Positions 33,806-46,394 of a stretch of DNA of 47,312 nucleotides are shown one piece after another (the stretch's first letter is position 1; each line of letters begins with the position of its first letter). Made by a program: the position numbers and the translations under genes. Below the pieces are notes generated by a model, which saw only the letters and a program-made list of their open reading frames with translations, did no database searches and had not been told where the DNA came from. The DNA is from Neoconidiobolus thromboides FSU 785 (taxonomy: Eukaryota > Fungi > Entomophthoromycota), in contig MU626414.1 of assembly GCA_025603075.1 (NCBI GenBank), forward strand, positions 1 to 47,312, written 5' to 3'.

Positions 33806-36497
33806 ATGAATAAATTTAGCTCTCATAAAATTGTACAATATATATGCATAGCAATCCTTATTTCATCTACATTACAACAAGAATTACCACCTTTTGATGA
33901 TGTAGAAAATGATGCTGCTCCGCAATTAAATTCACCTCAAGGATTAGGCGCTGTTCAAAACGAAAGTATAATTAGCAGTTTAACACAATCATCTGAGTCT
34001 GATTTACAGCTTCGAACTTTATCTCATGATCATTTGAGCCAACAAATTCCAACATTACCTACAATTTCATCTGTAGATAATGTTATTAGTTCGGCTTCAA
34101 TATCAACTCTAGCTGTCTCTGAAAGTAATCTCAGTACACCAACTTTAGAAACTGAGACACTTACACAATCGGTAAGCTCAAGTGTAATAAGTTCAGCCTC
34201 TTCTGTAACCCAGGCATCAAGCGTAGAAACAAGTACATCAACTCAAACTACTGTGACAAGTATATCAACTCAAAGCATCGAATCTACTACTTTAGTAACA
34301 CCATCTGAGGCTCAAACTAGCAGTGAGAAAACTACTTCAACACAAAATTCAATCTCAACTTCAGGTTTAGGATCAAGTTCAGGATCAAGTTCAAGTGAAA
34401 CTTTAACAATTTCATCCCCTACTTTAGAAACTCAAAATTCTACAATTACAGAAGTTGCAGTTTCCCCAACAACTGTTTACACAGATCATAACGAAGCAAC
34501 AATTACGAGTACAACAACCAAAGTTAAATCATCAGAAACACAGCATGAACAAAATCCAATTGCAACTCCTACTGTAACTTCAACTACAGAACAACCAATA
34601 GCTTCATCTGACACAAACACTTTAGTTAGTACAAGTGAATCATCTAGTGTTCCAGTAGTTGTAAATACCTCGACAAGTTCAGCTACAGGTTCAACCACTA
34701 CTTCAGAGACATTTTCATCGATATCGACGAATTCTGAATCAGCTGAGAGCCATACCGCGACCACAGCAGAAGAGTTGGAAACTCTAACTTCTCAAGTATC
34801 AACAAGCGAGAGTAGTTTTAGTCCAAGTGTAGCGACTTCAGTGACTTCAAGTTCAGAATCATCAACTTCGTCATCAATCTCATCTAAGATTACTACTGAG
34901 TCTACAGCTGAATCAACTCAATCAACTATTTCTGTCCCAACTTCAGAAAGTTCAAGCTTCATCTCAAGTACTTCTACAACTAGTAAGGTCGAAAGCGAAG
35001 CTATTACAACTGAAACAACTATTAGTTCTGTCTCAACGCCTAATACAGCTTCAAGCTCAATAGTTAGTCCAAATAGTTTAGAAACTAGCCAAAGCACCCA
35101 GTTAGGCACATCTTCTGAGCCAACAATTTCTTTAAGTGAATCTGTTACAACACCAATTATAATTTCTAGTGAAACAAGCGTAACTACCCCATCAGTACCA
35201 ATTTTTACACAACCCCTTAGTTCACCAACAGTTACTTCTGAACTAACTACAGAAAGTGAAAAAGAGACTGTTGGCACTACATTTGAAACACCTATCATAT
35301 CAACTTTAAGTTCTTCTGAGATCGAAAAAAGTCCTCAAAGTGACATTATTACTCCAACTGAGACATCGGTTGTAGAGACTTTTACTAGTTCTAATCAAGT
35401 ATCTATACCAACCCAAAGTGAAACAGAATCATTTGATGAAGAGATTGAAACACCTACTCCATCAACAACGTTTGGATCGCTGTTCACTTCATTTTTCAGC
35501 TCATCCTTCACTTCTAGTACTTTTGAGGAGCATTTTGGGACCACTGCTTCCAACACTGTTCCTTCTGCAATTCAACTTTCTTCAACTGCTCCAAGCAAAG
35601 ATAAAGTAACTAGTGAAGTGGAATCAGGATCAAGTGTTAGTCCAACCCCAACCCTAGACTCATCTCAAACTTCATTTTTTACATCAAGTGAAACTGAAGA
35701 AATTGTTCAACCAAGTGAATCATCTATTTTATTTTCATCAAGCCTAACTCAAACTACATTCAGCACCACAACTCAAACAGAAGAACCCAGAGAAGGTGTA
35801 GATACATCAGTCATCCTTATTTCATCAACCGCCTCGTCGGAATCTGCTTTCCCCAAATCGAGCGAAGTTGAGAGTACTTTTACTGCCTCTGTTACGATTC
35901 CAACAGTAAGTTTTTCATCCGAGACTAGTGTTTCTAAATCAAGTAAGATTGAAAGTGCTTCTACTATTCAAACCTCAAGTGAATTGTTTGAAGAGATTAC
36001 TTCTACTTCAGGCCAAATCAAGAGCACTTTCGTAACTCCAACTTTCTCTAGCTCAACTGAAATTGATAGTACTTTTGCCATTCCAACTTTCACTCCAACG
36101 GTAAGTACCTCATCAGAAGTTGCTTCTTTTAGTTCAAGCGAAATTGAAAACACTTTTACTATCCCATCTTTAAGTACGTCTTCTGGAATTAATACTTTGA
36201 CTTCAAGCAAAAGTACTATTACCACTCCAACTTTAAGCGGGTCTTTCGAAAATACATCTCTTACTTTCAGTGAAGATGAAAGCAGCTTTACCACTCCAAC
36301 TTTCACCCAACCTTTAAGCAGATCTTCTGAACCTATCTCTTTTAGTTCAAGCGAAACTGAAAATACATTTACCACCCCAACTTTAGATAGATCTTCTGAA
36401 AGTAATGTCTTTGCTTCAAGTGAAGACACTTCCAATATTCCAACTTTTACCCAGACTTTTAGTAAGTCTTTTGAGACTACCCCCCCTAGCTCAAGTG

Positions 36498-36532
<35 letters not shown>

Positions 36533-39508
36533 ATCGTTACTACTCCAACTTTTAGTAGATCCTCCGAAACCAGCATTTCTAAATCAAGTGAAATTGAAAN
36601 NNNNNNNNNNNNNNNNNNNNNNNNNNNNNNNNNNNNNNNNNNNNNNNNNNNNNNNNNNNNNNNNNNNNNNNNNNNNNNNNNNNNNNNNNNNNNNNNNNNN
36701 NNNNNNNNNNNNNNNNNNNNNNNNNNNNNNNNNNNNNNNNNNNNNNNNNNNNNNNNNNNNNNNNNNNNNNNNNNNNNNNNNNNNNNNNNNNNNNNNNNNN
36801 NNNNNNNNNNNNNNNNNNNNNNNNNNNNNNNNNNNNNNNNNNNNNNNNNNNNNNNNNNNNNNNNNNNNNNNNNNNNNNNNNNNNNNNNNNNNNNNNNNNN
36901 NNNNNNNNNNNNNNNNNNNNNNNNNNNNNNNNNNNNNNNNNNNNNNNNNNNNNNNNNNNNNNNNNNNNNNNNNNNNNNNNNNNNNNNNNNNNNNNNNNNN
37001 NNNNNNNNNNNNNNNNNNNNNNNNNNNNNNNNNNNNNNNNNNNNNNNNNNNNNNNNNNNNNNNNNNNNNNNNNNNNNNNNNNNNNNNNNNNNNNNNNNNN
37101 NNNNNNNNNNNNNNNNNNNNNNNNNNNNNNNNNNNNNNNNNNNNNNNNNNNNNNNNNNNNNNNNNNNNNNNNNNNNNNNNNNNNNNNNNNNNNNNNNNNN
37201 NNNNNNNNNNNNNNNNNNNNNNNNNNNNNCAACTTTAAGTAAATCACTTGAAACTAGTCTTTCTAAATCAAGTGAAATTGAAAGTACTTTTACCACTCCA
37301 ACTTTCACTCCAACTTTAAGTAGACCTTCTGAATCTATCTCTTTTAGCTCAAGTGAAAGGTCTATTAGTACCTCGACTTTTGTTCCAACTTTTACTAGAC
37401 CCTCTGAGACTACCATTTCTAAGTCTGATGAGGTTGGAAGTACTTTTACTACTTCAACTTTCACCCAAACTTTAAGCAGGTCTTCTGAAACCAATACTTC
37501 TGAGCCAAGCGACATTGTAAGTACTACTAGTACTCCAACTTCAAGTAAACCTTCTAGTACCACTTTCTTTAGCTCAGGAGAAGTTGAAAGTACTTTTACC
37601 ATCCCAAATTTTACTCAAACCATAAGCAGACCATCCAGTACTAATTTATTTAGTTCAAGTGAAGCTAATGAGACTGCTGGTAGCTCCGTCGTTTCCTCTA
37701 TTTCCTTCTCATCTTCGCTTACTTCGTCACGAGATGTACCCATTGCTACCCTTACAGAAACTCAAAGCCAAGTGCCAGCTAAAACTAACACTGCTTCTGC
37801 AACTTATACTTTGTCAGAACTTCCTACTAAAACAACCCAGGAAACAGGGTCAAGTTATTCATCCCCAACTGCACCCTCATCTGTTGACTCTTCTCTTCCC
37901 CCAACCGATATTTCTACTCAAAGTGACGTAGCTACAAGTACCAAAACATCTGGACCCGGAACCCCATCTACTGATACCGACTATAGCTCTATTTTGACTG
38001 TGCCTAGTTCATTTAGTCTAACTATTACTAAATCCTCTTCAACTCTTTCGCTAACAACACAAACACTTTTACCTTCGCAGACTGCATCAAATACCACCTT
38101 TGTACTAACAAGTACTCTTTCATCCTCCAGTGAGAAAACCACTTTGTCTTCTATCAAAACATCCACTTCAAATTCTAAACCCGACTTCACTAGTATAAGC
38201 TCATCTACTAAAACAAGCATAATATCATCTAAGACTGTAATTAGCTCATTTAGTAGGCCAAGCTCCAATTCAAGTAAGACAACTAACGGTTCATCTACTA
38301 GCAATATTAGATCAACAAATATCTCATCATCTACATCAACCTTTATATCAAGCACAGAGTCGACTGAAAGCCCCCAAACTCCAGAACCAACTCCAGAACC
38401 AACTCCAGAACCAACTACTCCACCTCCACCTCCAACTTCTACTCCTACACCAAGCTATCAAATTTCACTCATTCCTATCTCGACACCCAAGACTTCCATT
38501 TCCCCTTCAGCCTCAATTCCTACACAAAGCAGTACTATACCTCAAACCCCTATTGCAACTCCAACTCAAGAGCCAGTCAAAGAGTTTTTAGTCAACTTTG
38601 AGCAAGTAAATACAGCTTCTGAAACTCAAAGACAGGGATCATCAACTCCATCTACTAGTTTTAGAGCTTACACATTGGCTATTCCCACCTATCTTCCTGA
38701 TTCTTTTACTTTAACTGATTCTTCAAGTAAAAGTAAACCAACTTCCAGTAGTGATGATTTTTCCAAAAATGTAAGCTCAATTGATCCAGAAGTACTCCCA
38801 CCAGATAGCCCACAATTTATTATCGGAACAGATCTTAAGTCAAATAGTAATGAAGGTGGCTTAGTGTTTCGAATCAAATTGAATAATGTTAGTTACAAGA
38901 AGTTAATTACTGATATCTCAGCATCTAAATACGTGATGAATACTATCCCACAAGATCTTGATTACATTAGTGAGTATGGCAAAGAAATTTTTAGCATCCT
39001 TAAGATTCAACCTAATAATCCTTCTAAAATTGAATCAGACCAGTCAGTCTTAGTTTATATTTATATTTCTACTATTAAAGATGATAAATCTGAAACATTG
39101 GCTATTAACGTTAAGAGAACCATTGATGACATTGTTAAAAATGATCCCAATAAATTAGCAAGAAGTGTTCTACTTAGAAACTTGGATATATCTAAATATA
39201 TATCCGAGAATTCAGATGCTAATAATAAGATCAATTCATTTGATTCCAACGTTCCATTTTCTGATGTGTTATCTAAAGTTTATACCGATAACCTTGCTGG
39301 TATGGGGAAACCAAGTATTTTATCAAGTCTTCCGAACCCTATTGTCAAAGCAGCTATGTCCCAATCCTTAACAAGAACCGATGATGCAGTAGATTGGATT
39401 ACAATCATGACCATTACATTGGCTGTTTTATCTTCTATTGTCTATGCATTTATGACTTTTATTCAATCTCGTAAGCCTGGTATATTCCAAATTGAAAGTC
39501 AAGCATAA
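33806..39508 (+). CDS. Large Ser/Thr-rich mucin-like cell-surface protein (signal peptide, C-terminal TM); true length uncertain because of the gap
   Basis: N-terminal hydrophobic IVQYICIAILISS, >1500 aa of Ser/Thr-rich sequence with internal TTPTF..LS repeats, a non-repetitive juxtamembrane domain, TM WITIMTITLAVLSSIVYAFMTFI and a short tail; same repeat type on both sides of the N run. Confidence 0.8.
36495..36530 (+). repeat. (AGTGAA)n coding microsatellite encoding a Ser-Glu tract
   Basis: AGTGAAAGTGAAAGTGAAAGTGAAAGTGAAAGTGAG seen directly. Confidence 0.9.
36600..37229. other. Assembly gap (630 N) inside the mucin repeat region
   Basis: Run of N. Confidence 0.99.
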
Positions 39509-39749
39509 TCTTTAATTTTATACTTCAAGTATTTCATTTATCTTTAATATAATCCAAATTAAAAATAATTGTAATTATTAAAAGCATTTTATCTTTTGCT
39601 ACTGTTTTTTATCTTTAATGTAATATGGTTACTTAAGTTAAAATTTATACACTATTTAAAAAATACTAAAATAATTTTATTACAATTTTTTGATCATATA
39701 AAAATATCCTTGTGTGATGATGTGCAAGGATATTGGCAATAAATCAAAC

Positions 39750-41628
39750 CTATTTCTTAGGAAGAGGGGGAGCTAGACCACGGTTTATTGGAATGTTATT
39801 GAATGCCATGGGCTCAAACTCTTGCCAAATATACTGCTTACATTTCTCTGCATTTTTTAATGATTGTAGCATCCAAGAAATCGTAGCATGCGCAAATCCA
39901 GAAAGCTCAGGTCCAGACCCAGAGCTATTAACCTGCACTTTACGTATGTTATTAGCAAGCTTAATTACTTGCCCCCAAGCTCCAGACAATGTTTCTGAAT
40001 GAAATACTTCACCACTGTCTTGAGCTTCCAATTGAAATTTAGGCCCAAGTCGGCCTTCCAGTATAGTAAGTGTATAAACAGAATTTCCTTCTGGATCAAT
40101 TGTAGACTTATAATACCTTTGTATTTTAAAACCAATTGGGTAAAGGTATCGATTACTATGATATCCTGGTTTTTCATACTCAATACGCCCTAAATCTAAC
40201 ACAGTAAATATACTCATCTGTAATGGAAGTTTGATATTCCCATCTTTATCCTTTGGTACGGGTTGTACCCTCCTTGGTTTTACTGCCTTATTGGCTATAG
40301 TAGCTGACTGTGCATTGTATGGGTTTGTAGTAATATTAGGATTATTTATTGGTTGAGCATTGGTAACCGGTGGTGGTGGATTTTGTAAATTTGCTGTTGT
40401 TCTCGCCACATATTGTTGATATTGAACTGGTACTGAGCTAACTGGTGGTGGGTTAGCTGGTCTTGGATAAGCCATGCCGTATGCCATTGGATTACGCATA
40501 TCTACATATCTTTTATCTTGAGGCATTCTAAATCTGTCACTATAATAAGAGTTTAATCCTATATTATCTCTACTTTGGTGTGGTCTCATTGCATTATAAT
40601 TGATATCGCGTTCGCTAAATGGTGGTGGTGCCATGGCATTCATTATCATATTTCTTTCGTTTTGCATCATTGAAGCTTCTTTCATAGAATGAAACTGTTC
40701 TCTACTTGGAACTGATCCTGGGACTGGAACATGATGCATTTGTCTCAACCTTTCTTGATCCACCATAGGTCTGTGTTGCATTGACACATAAGCTTCTCTT
40801 TGAGCATGACTTGGATGTGGATATGGGTATGGTCGGTAGCCTTCTTCTCTTACTTCTGTCCTTCGGATAGTTCCTTGAGAATCCGCATGTACCATTCCTG
40901 GATTCCTAACCTGAGGATGCTGGATTCCACTAGGATGGATCCCGTTTGGATATCTTAAATATGGATCCCTCACTTGACCGTTTTCAGCTATGTGTTGTCT
41001 CATTCTTTCGCCATTCATCATTTGAAATTTTATCTCGTTTTGCCTCCTTAGGTTCTGTTCATATCTTATTCTCATATCGACAGCTTCTTGAGGAGTATAG
41101 TGCATAGGATTAGGCATGGGATAGAACGCTTGATTAGGAGGTAACTGAGGACGAGATTGCATCATTGCTTCGTTTCTACCTTTATACATGCTTAGCCAAT
41201 CATTTAAGTTTATATTGTTGGGCTTCCTTGAGATGAAGTGCTTTAAATTGGGGTCATCATTCGTATCTTTGTCCTCTGTAACTGGCTTTTCGATCTCTTC
41301 TTCATCGCTTGTAGTCCTGTCCTCTTTTTCATCCTCTTTACTGCTAAGCTCAACAAGTCGATTTAAACAATTACTAAGCTTGTTTAGTTTTTGAGTTTAT
41401 GTAACAATTAAATATCTTACTTATTCAACCTCCTTAACTTTTTTATCTCCTTATTAAGAATGTCTAATTCAGTAAGAGCTCCTTCGTTTTCCTAATAATT
41501 TCATTAACAACTTGTCATTATTTCTAATTTTTAGTTACCTTTTCAACCTCTTTAATTCTACTTTTAGTCGTCTTATACTTCTCATAGTAGATATCTTTAT
41601 TTAAACTTTTTTGATGTAACTTAGACAT
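39750..41628 (-). CDS. FYRN/FYRC-domain protein with N-terminal coiled coil (spliced; extends 5' of the track ORF)
   Basis: C-terminal LPLQMSIFTVLDLGRI..YHSNRYLYPIGFKIQRYY..YTLTILE..GPKF..SGAWGQVI..SGPELSGFAHATISWMLQSL is FYRN+FYRC. Upstream exons read MSKLHQKSLNKDIYYEKYKTTKSRIKEVEK|ENEGALTELDILNKEIKKLRRLN|NNCLNRLVEL.. in frame into 41189. Confidence 0.8.
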
Positions 41629-43450
41629 TAAAGAATAATTTTGCTGTTTAGCTCCATTTACCTGATCATTTCACCCTCGATTTAACTGATGTTTAAGGTG
41701 CTTAACTTAATTTAGTAATACTTCCTGCCTGATCTCCATTCTTATGGGATCATGTGCCCCTAATTCGTTTCAAATTGAATGGTCCAGGTTAAGCCTTAAA
41801 ACTAAATTAAAAAGTTGAAATTTTATTTTTAAATTTTTGATTACACAAAAACTTAATATATAAAATATCAAATGATAACATGTTTTAAAATATTATATAT
41901 TTCTAACTTATACTATAATCTTATAGTATATGAGTATGAAAAAATGAACATTTATACTATAAGAAATGAAAGTCCAATTTATTAGCTGACTTTATTCGCG
42001 TCATAAATATTCTCCTATGATGCTAATAAAACAAGTAAGCATTTAGAGAACCTTAGCTTCCATTGTTTTAATAATTTATAAATGATTAAACTTTTACAGC
42101 TAATAAATTATAAGAGCTTTACTTTAAAGATCTAAAAATTGTTAGAAATGAGAGGGCTGTAATTTTTTAAAGTTAGTTTCTTGATAAACTTAGTTTTATC
42201 TGCAGGTGTAGAATGTTAACAATACTAACCACCGTTCTAAATATTTATACATACAATCATAAAAAATAACATTTGGAGTTGTTTTTTTATAATAAAACGA
42301 CAGTTTATTATAGAAATAATATTATAGACCATTGTTATTGTATATAAAAACAGTAAGATACAATGCCTATTGTTTTTTGTTTCAATTTCTAATGAGTTTT
42401 TGGCTTTTTTATTTCATAAAAGTGAACAGTGATGAAATGTGAGGCATTCTGATGCTTATTTATAAAAAATAACTTTTACGTTAATAATAAAACAATATTT
42501 GAAATAACTAAGACAAGAATAAAAATGAATTAAGTTCAAGTATTTTTTATTATTTTTGCATGGAAAGATAGTTTTAATCAAAGTTTATATTATATTTTAA
42601 ATATCTTTTTTATTTCATTATTATTTCACCTTTGATGCAAATTGAGAAATTCACCTGTAATGGTTTATACCTGTTAATTATGCTATGAATTTATGACCTT
42701 TGAGATCCTGCAGTATAAACTTACCTACTTATATGGCAATTTTGTCTTATGAACGTTTTGTTAATAATATTAGTAACAAAACAAATATTTATTGTGGTAG
42801 TATTAGCAATATTGATAAAAAGCGATAAAATATTAGTATTCAGATTAAACAAAGTTTAAAAATCATATTTTCTATTTACTTTAACTATACTTCATATTTA
42901 TCGCAGTTTAAAGGAATAAAAAAAATAAAATCATATCTTTTAAACAGTATTATACTTTATTTAAAATCATCTAAACAGTTTTATAAAAAGCAAGTGAACT
43001 GAGAAAACAATTATCCTTTACCCTAAGTATCAGTTTATCAGATCAATAAAATGAGCTTTTCGTAGTCATGTTAAAATAATTATAATTTTTTCGTGTATTT
43101 GCTTAATGCAAATTTATATGATATATATTGGACTTTAAAAGATATACTTTTCAATGAATAAAATTATATGATCCCAAACTCATTACTTTAATGCTTCGTT
43201 TTGTATTATCGCTTTGTCATTACTTTTGTTATATATTTATTTTTGATGTATGAGCTAATTTTTTTCGCATTAGTTCTCCTTTAAACTTCATATGTATATA
43301 GATTATCAAGACAAACAGTCCCTAAAAATATTATATTTTTGTAAAATTACCTAACTTAAAATTTGAAAAATTGCTCATTCTTATGTTCCATTTAACATAT
43401 AATGAATGGTCATTATAATAAATTAAAATCCTTTTTTATTCCGATTATAT

Positions 43451-44213
43451 TTAAGCAGATTTGTTGTAAACAGTACGGTCACGACGAGCTAACATAGCAA
43501 GACGATCTTTATCAAGCTTAAGCTTGGTGATTTGGCAGTTAGATGGGTGGACACCAATGTTTACAGAGGCACCTAAATCATTAGTACTTTCTCATAAAAC
43601 AATTTTGAAGATTTCTCACCATTAACTTTATCACGAGTAAGACGCTCAATGTAGATAACATATCTTTTACGATAAACTTGAATAACTTTACCGTCTCTAC
43701 CTTTATGAGCACCAGTCATAATTTTAACTTCGTCATCAACACGAATTGGAGCTGAACGAACCTTTAAGTTAGCTTTTAGAAATTCAGTTTAATCTTTTAT
43801 AGGTTACAACCCATTTAAAATAAAGCTTACGTTATATTTTTCGCGGAGATCCTTGGCAAGGGTAGCGCTCATGAGTTTTTGACGAAGATGAGATGGGGCG
43901 GTAAAGTGAGCCTTACGAGACTTACGACGGGAAGAGCTGACGTCTATTAGAATTGCCATTAAAAATTTATTACATTTGAACTTAGATTTTAGGCATCTTC
44001 ATTTCCTTGAAAGATTAATTTTTTTATATCGCTTTACAATGCATCCATTAAAAATTCCATAATTTGTAATAATAAACTAGTCTTATTTCTACCACATTAA
44101 CTTTTATTACTTTTCTTCTTGATGTTGTTGATTCATTTCGTTTGGTATATTGCCTCGTTCCGTTATTCTTCAAAAAGATAATTAAACTGAGTATTACCTG
44201 AGCTGAACTTCAT
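43451..44213 (-). CDS. RPL26: 60S ribosomal protein L26 (uL24), 4 exons, absent from the ORF track
   Basis: Exons 44213-44198, 43943-43831, 43761-43620 and 43572-43451 translate to [130 protein letters not shown]. Confidence 0.97.
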
Positions 44214-44665
44214 TGTTGACAAATTTAGTATATAGTAATGCCACGAAGGAAAGAGGGTTTCTACCTTTTCTTACTTTCTTTCTAATACCTGAGAACTATC
44301 TTGGACTTTGATTCATCTAATACACTTATTTTCTAGAATTATTGGTGTATTAAACTTTGCTAATAAATTTTTAGATATTCAACCTTAAAGAATGGAGCTT
44401 TTTTCAGCAAATAATTAAAATTTATTTGTCAAAGATAAGAGTTTTTATTTGTTGAAAATTATGAACAAAAACTTGAATATTATGTGTAATAAAGAAGTGA
44501 TATATATAAGCAAGTGGAGCACTTGCCTAAATTGCTAATGATATTTTCTAAAATTTTAAAGTACAGTTATTTTACTAAACTTTATAGTGTTGGACAAAAG
44601 TAAGCATATGTTGGTCTTTTTTTAGTTTCTTTTGCAATACATTTAACATTAATAGATACTAATAG

Positions 44666-44765
44666 ATAGGGATGTATTTTTGTATCTAAGAATTTTATTA
44701 ACAATTTTTCCACTCAAATACCGCTTAAAAGATGGAAAAAATGAAGCCAAAAAAAACATCTCCAG
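44666..44765 (-). mobile_element. MITE family A copy
   Basis: ATAGGGATGTATTTTTGTATCTAAGAATTTT...AATGAAGCCAAAAAAAACATCTCCAG. Confidence 0.85.
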
Positions 44766-45468
44766 ATATTATATTTATAAAAACTAATCCATTTGTATTA
44801 ATTCTAAACTAAATAAGAGTGTATTAAATAATTGCTACTTTGATTAAATTTAGATTGAATTATTTTAGGTCTTCTTTACACTTGAAAGGAATGTTTATAT
44901 GTTTATATTAATGTACTCGTTACAATAATACACTTTAAGACTGATTAACACTAGACAGGAATCGATCAAGTCAAATCGGTCCATTATGTTATATTGAATA
45001 AACCGATAGGTTTTCATTCATATTATTTTAAGTGAAAAAAAAACATACATAAAGCTCTAAATATAACCATTAAAAAATATGAATAAGTCCTAAAATTAAA
45101 ATACCATTAAAGTAGATATATTATTTTGGAAGGAATTTTAAAATCCTAAATTTCTCTACCAAAAAAGTGTTCAGTTTTTATCCATTCTATTAAGAAAACA
45201 CCACCTTGAATTATTGTTTTGAATAAAGTTGTAGAATTATTTAATGTATTAAATTTAATAACATTTTAGAATTAAAAACCAGCTATAAAGCCCTTGAATA
45301 ATACTCAGAGCTTGATATATCATCGACTTCTATTTAAAATAATAGAAATGAAAGCTCACAAGTTAGTTCAATGTGATATAGTGGGCCTTTTTAAGTTGAT
45401 TTTAAAGGCACTTGCTAATAAAAAGCTGAAAAGTGGTCAAAATAGCCACTCACTTATGTCCAACATTA

Positions 45469-45574
45469 TATAGGAGTATTTTTTTTGACTTCATTACTTT
45501 TTTCATTTTTTAAGCGCTATTTAGGTGGAAAAACTTGGTAGTAAAATTCTTAAACAAAAAAATACATCCTCGTA
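45469..45574 (+). mobile_element. MITE family A copy
   Basis: TATAGGAGTATTTTTTTTGACTTCATTAC...AAGCGCTATTTAGGTGGAAAA...AATACATCCTCGTA. Confidence 0.8.
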
Positions 45575-45685
45575 TTAAATTTAGCAATAATACATATATA
45601 TGAATAATACGAAAAAGGTATCCGAAATTTTTTAAAAGGAAAACAAGTTTATTTATATAAATGTCGCCATAAACTAAACATCAAT

Positions 45686-45785
45686 TAGGGGATGTTTTTT
45701 GGTTTCATCACTTTTTCATTTTTTAAGCACTATTTAAATGGAAAAGTTGTTAGTAAAATTATTAGACAAAAAAATACATCCCCAT
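45686..45785 (+). mobile_element. MITE family A copy
   Basis: TAGGGGATGTTTTTTGGTTTCATCAC...GTTAGTAAAATT..AAAAAATACATCCCCAT. Confidence 0.85.
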
Positions 45786-45930
45786 TAGTTGTTTAGTTTA
45801 AACTTGAAAAACTGGTCCAAATGGACTAGCCAAATTTATTTTGCATTAATAAGGCGTATGAAATACTATTACAAAGATAATAATATTAATTATACTAGGA
45901 GCCAATTCCTATGTATACTTGGGATACCGG

Positions 45931-46394
45931 TGTGAAATCTGGTACTCAGTGTTTAGAGTCAAGAACAGATATTACTGGGTTGACTACACTGTAAGTCAAA
46001 AGGTCTTAGCTTAAGTGACTATAATAGGGTTGGATTATGAAGAATAGCAAGTAATATGTTACAGACTATGTAAGACAAATAGAATAGACAATACTAATGT
46101 AAAATATATGTAAAATACCATTAAGAAAACTTAATGGCTTTATTAAATGTTTGAGATATCAGAAAATAATTCAGTTAAAAAGCCTCGAACTACTATACTC
46201 TGTAAACTCTTTTATACTCTGAAAAGTATAAATATCAAAATGAGAAGATAACGTTCTTTGGGATGGAGCTAGAAATTCTCATAGCAAATCAAACTAAGAA
46301 CATGGGGTTGATTTTCTCTGAACTCGAAAACACAACAGCTTAGGCGATTGTTATACTATAATTAACCATGAGTCTGAAAAAGCGATATTTCACA
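45931..46394. mobile_element. Solo LTR (464 bp), same family as 1107-1548
   Basis: TGTGAAAT...ATTTCACA termini, 4-bp TSD CCGG (45927-45930, 46395-46398); long identical stretches with the first copy, e.g. TAATTCAGTTAAAAAGCCTCGAACTACTATACTCTGTAAACTCTTTTATACTCTGAAAAGTATAAATATC. Confidence 0.88.

Noticed and set aside
34486-39371. Several antisense or alternate-frame ORFs over the mucin (e.g. 35968-37602 minus, 36405-37238, 37981-38355)
   Set aside because: Shadow frames of Ser/Thr codon bias, or artificially lengthened by the N gap
41655-41760. ATTTACCTG / ATACTTCCTG motifs suggesting U1 snRNA
   Set aside because: No match to the rest of U1 or an Sm site; better explained as a minus-strand CAG|GTAAAT donor upstream of the FYR gene
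42429-42452. GTGATGA...GAGGCATT-CTGA resembling a C/D snoRNA against LSU AAUGCCUC
   Set aside because: Only an 8-nt match, boxes 13 nt apart, no distal D box or terminal stem, no evident host intron
44601-44612. AAGCATATG complementary to the SSU 5' region (snR74-type guide)
   Set aside because: No adjacent C/D boxes; a 9-nt match is expected by chance
362-45785. The ~105-bp repeat read as a CRISPR array or bacterial REP element
   Set aside because: Eukaryotic context with spliceosomal introns; copies are dispersed in both orientations, with no repeat-spacer periodicity and no cas genes
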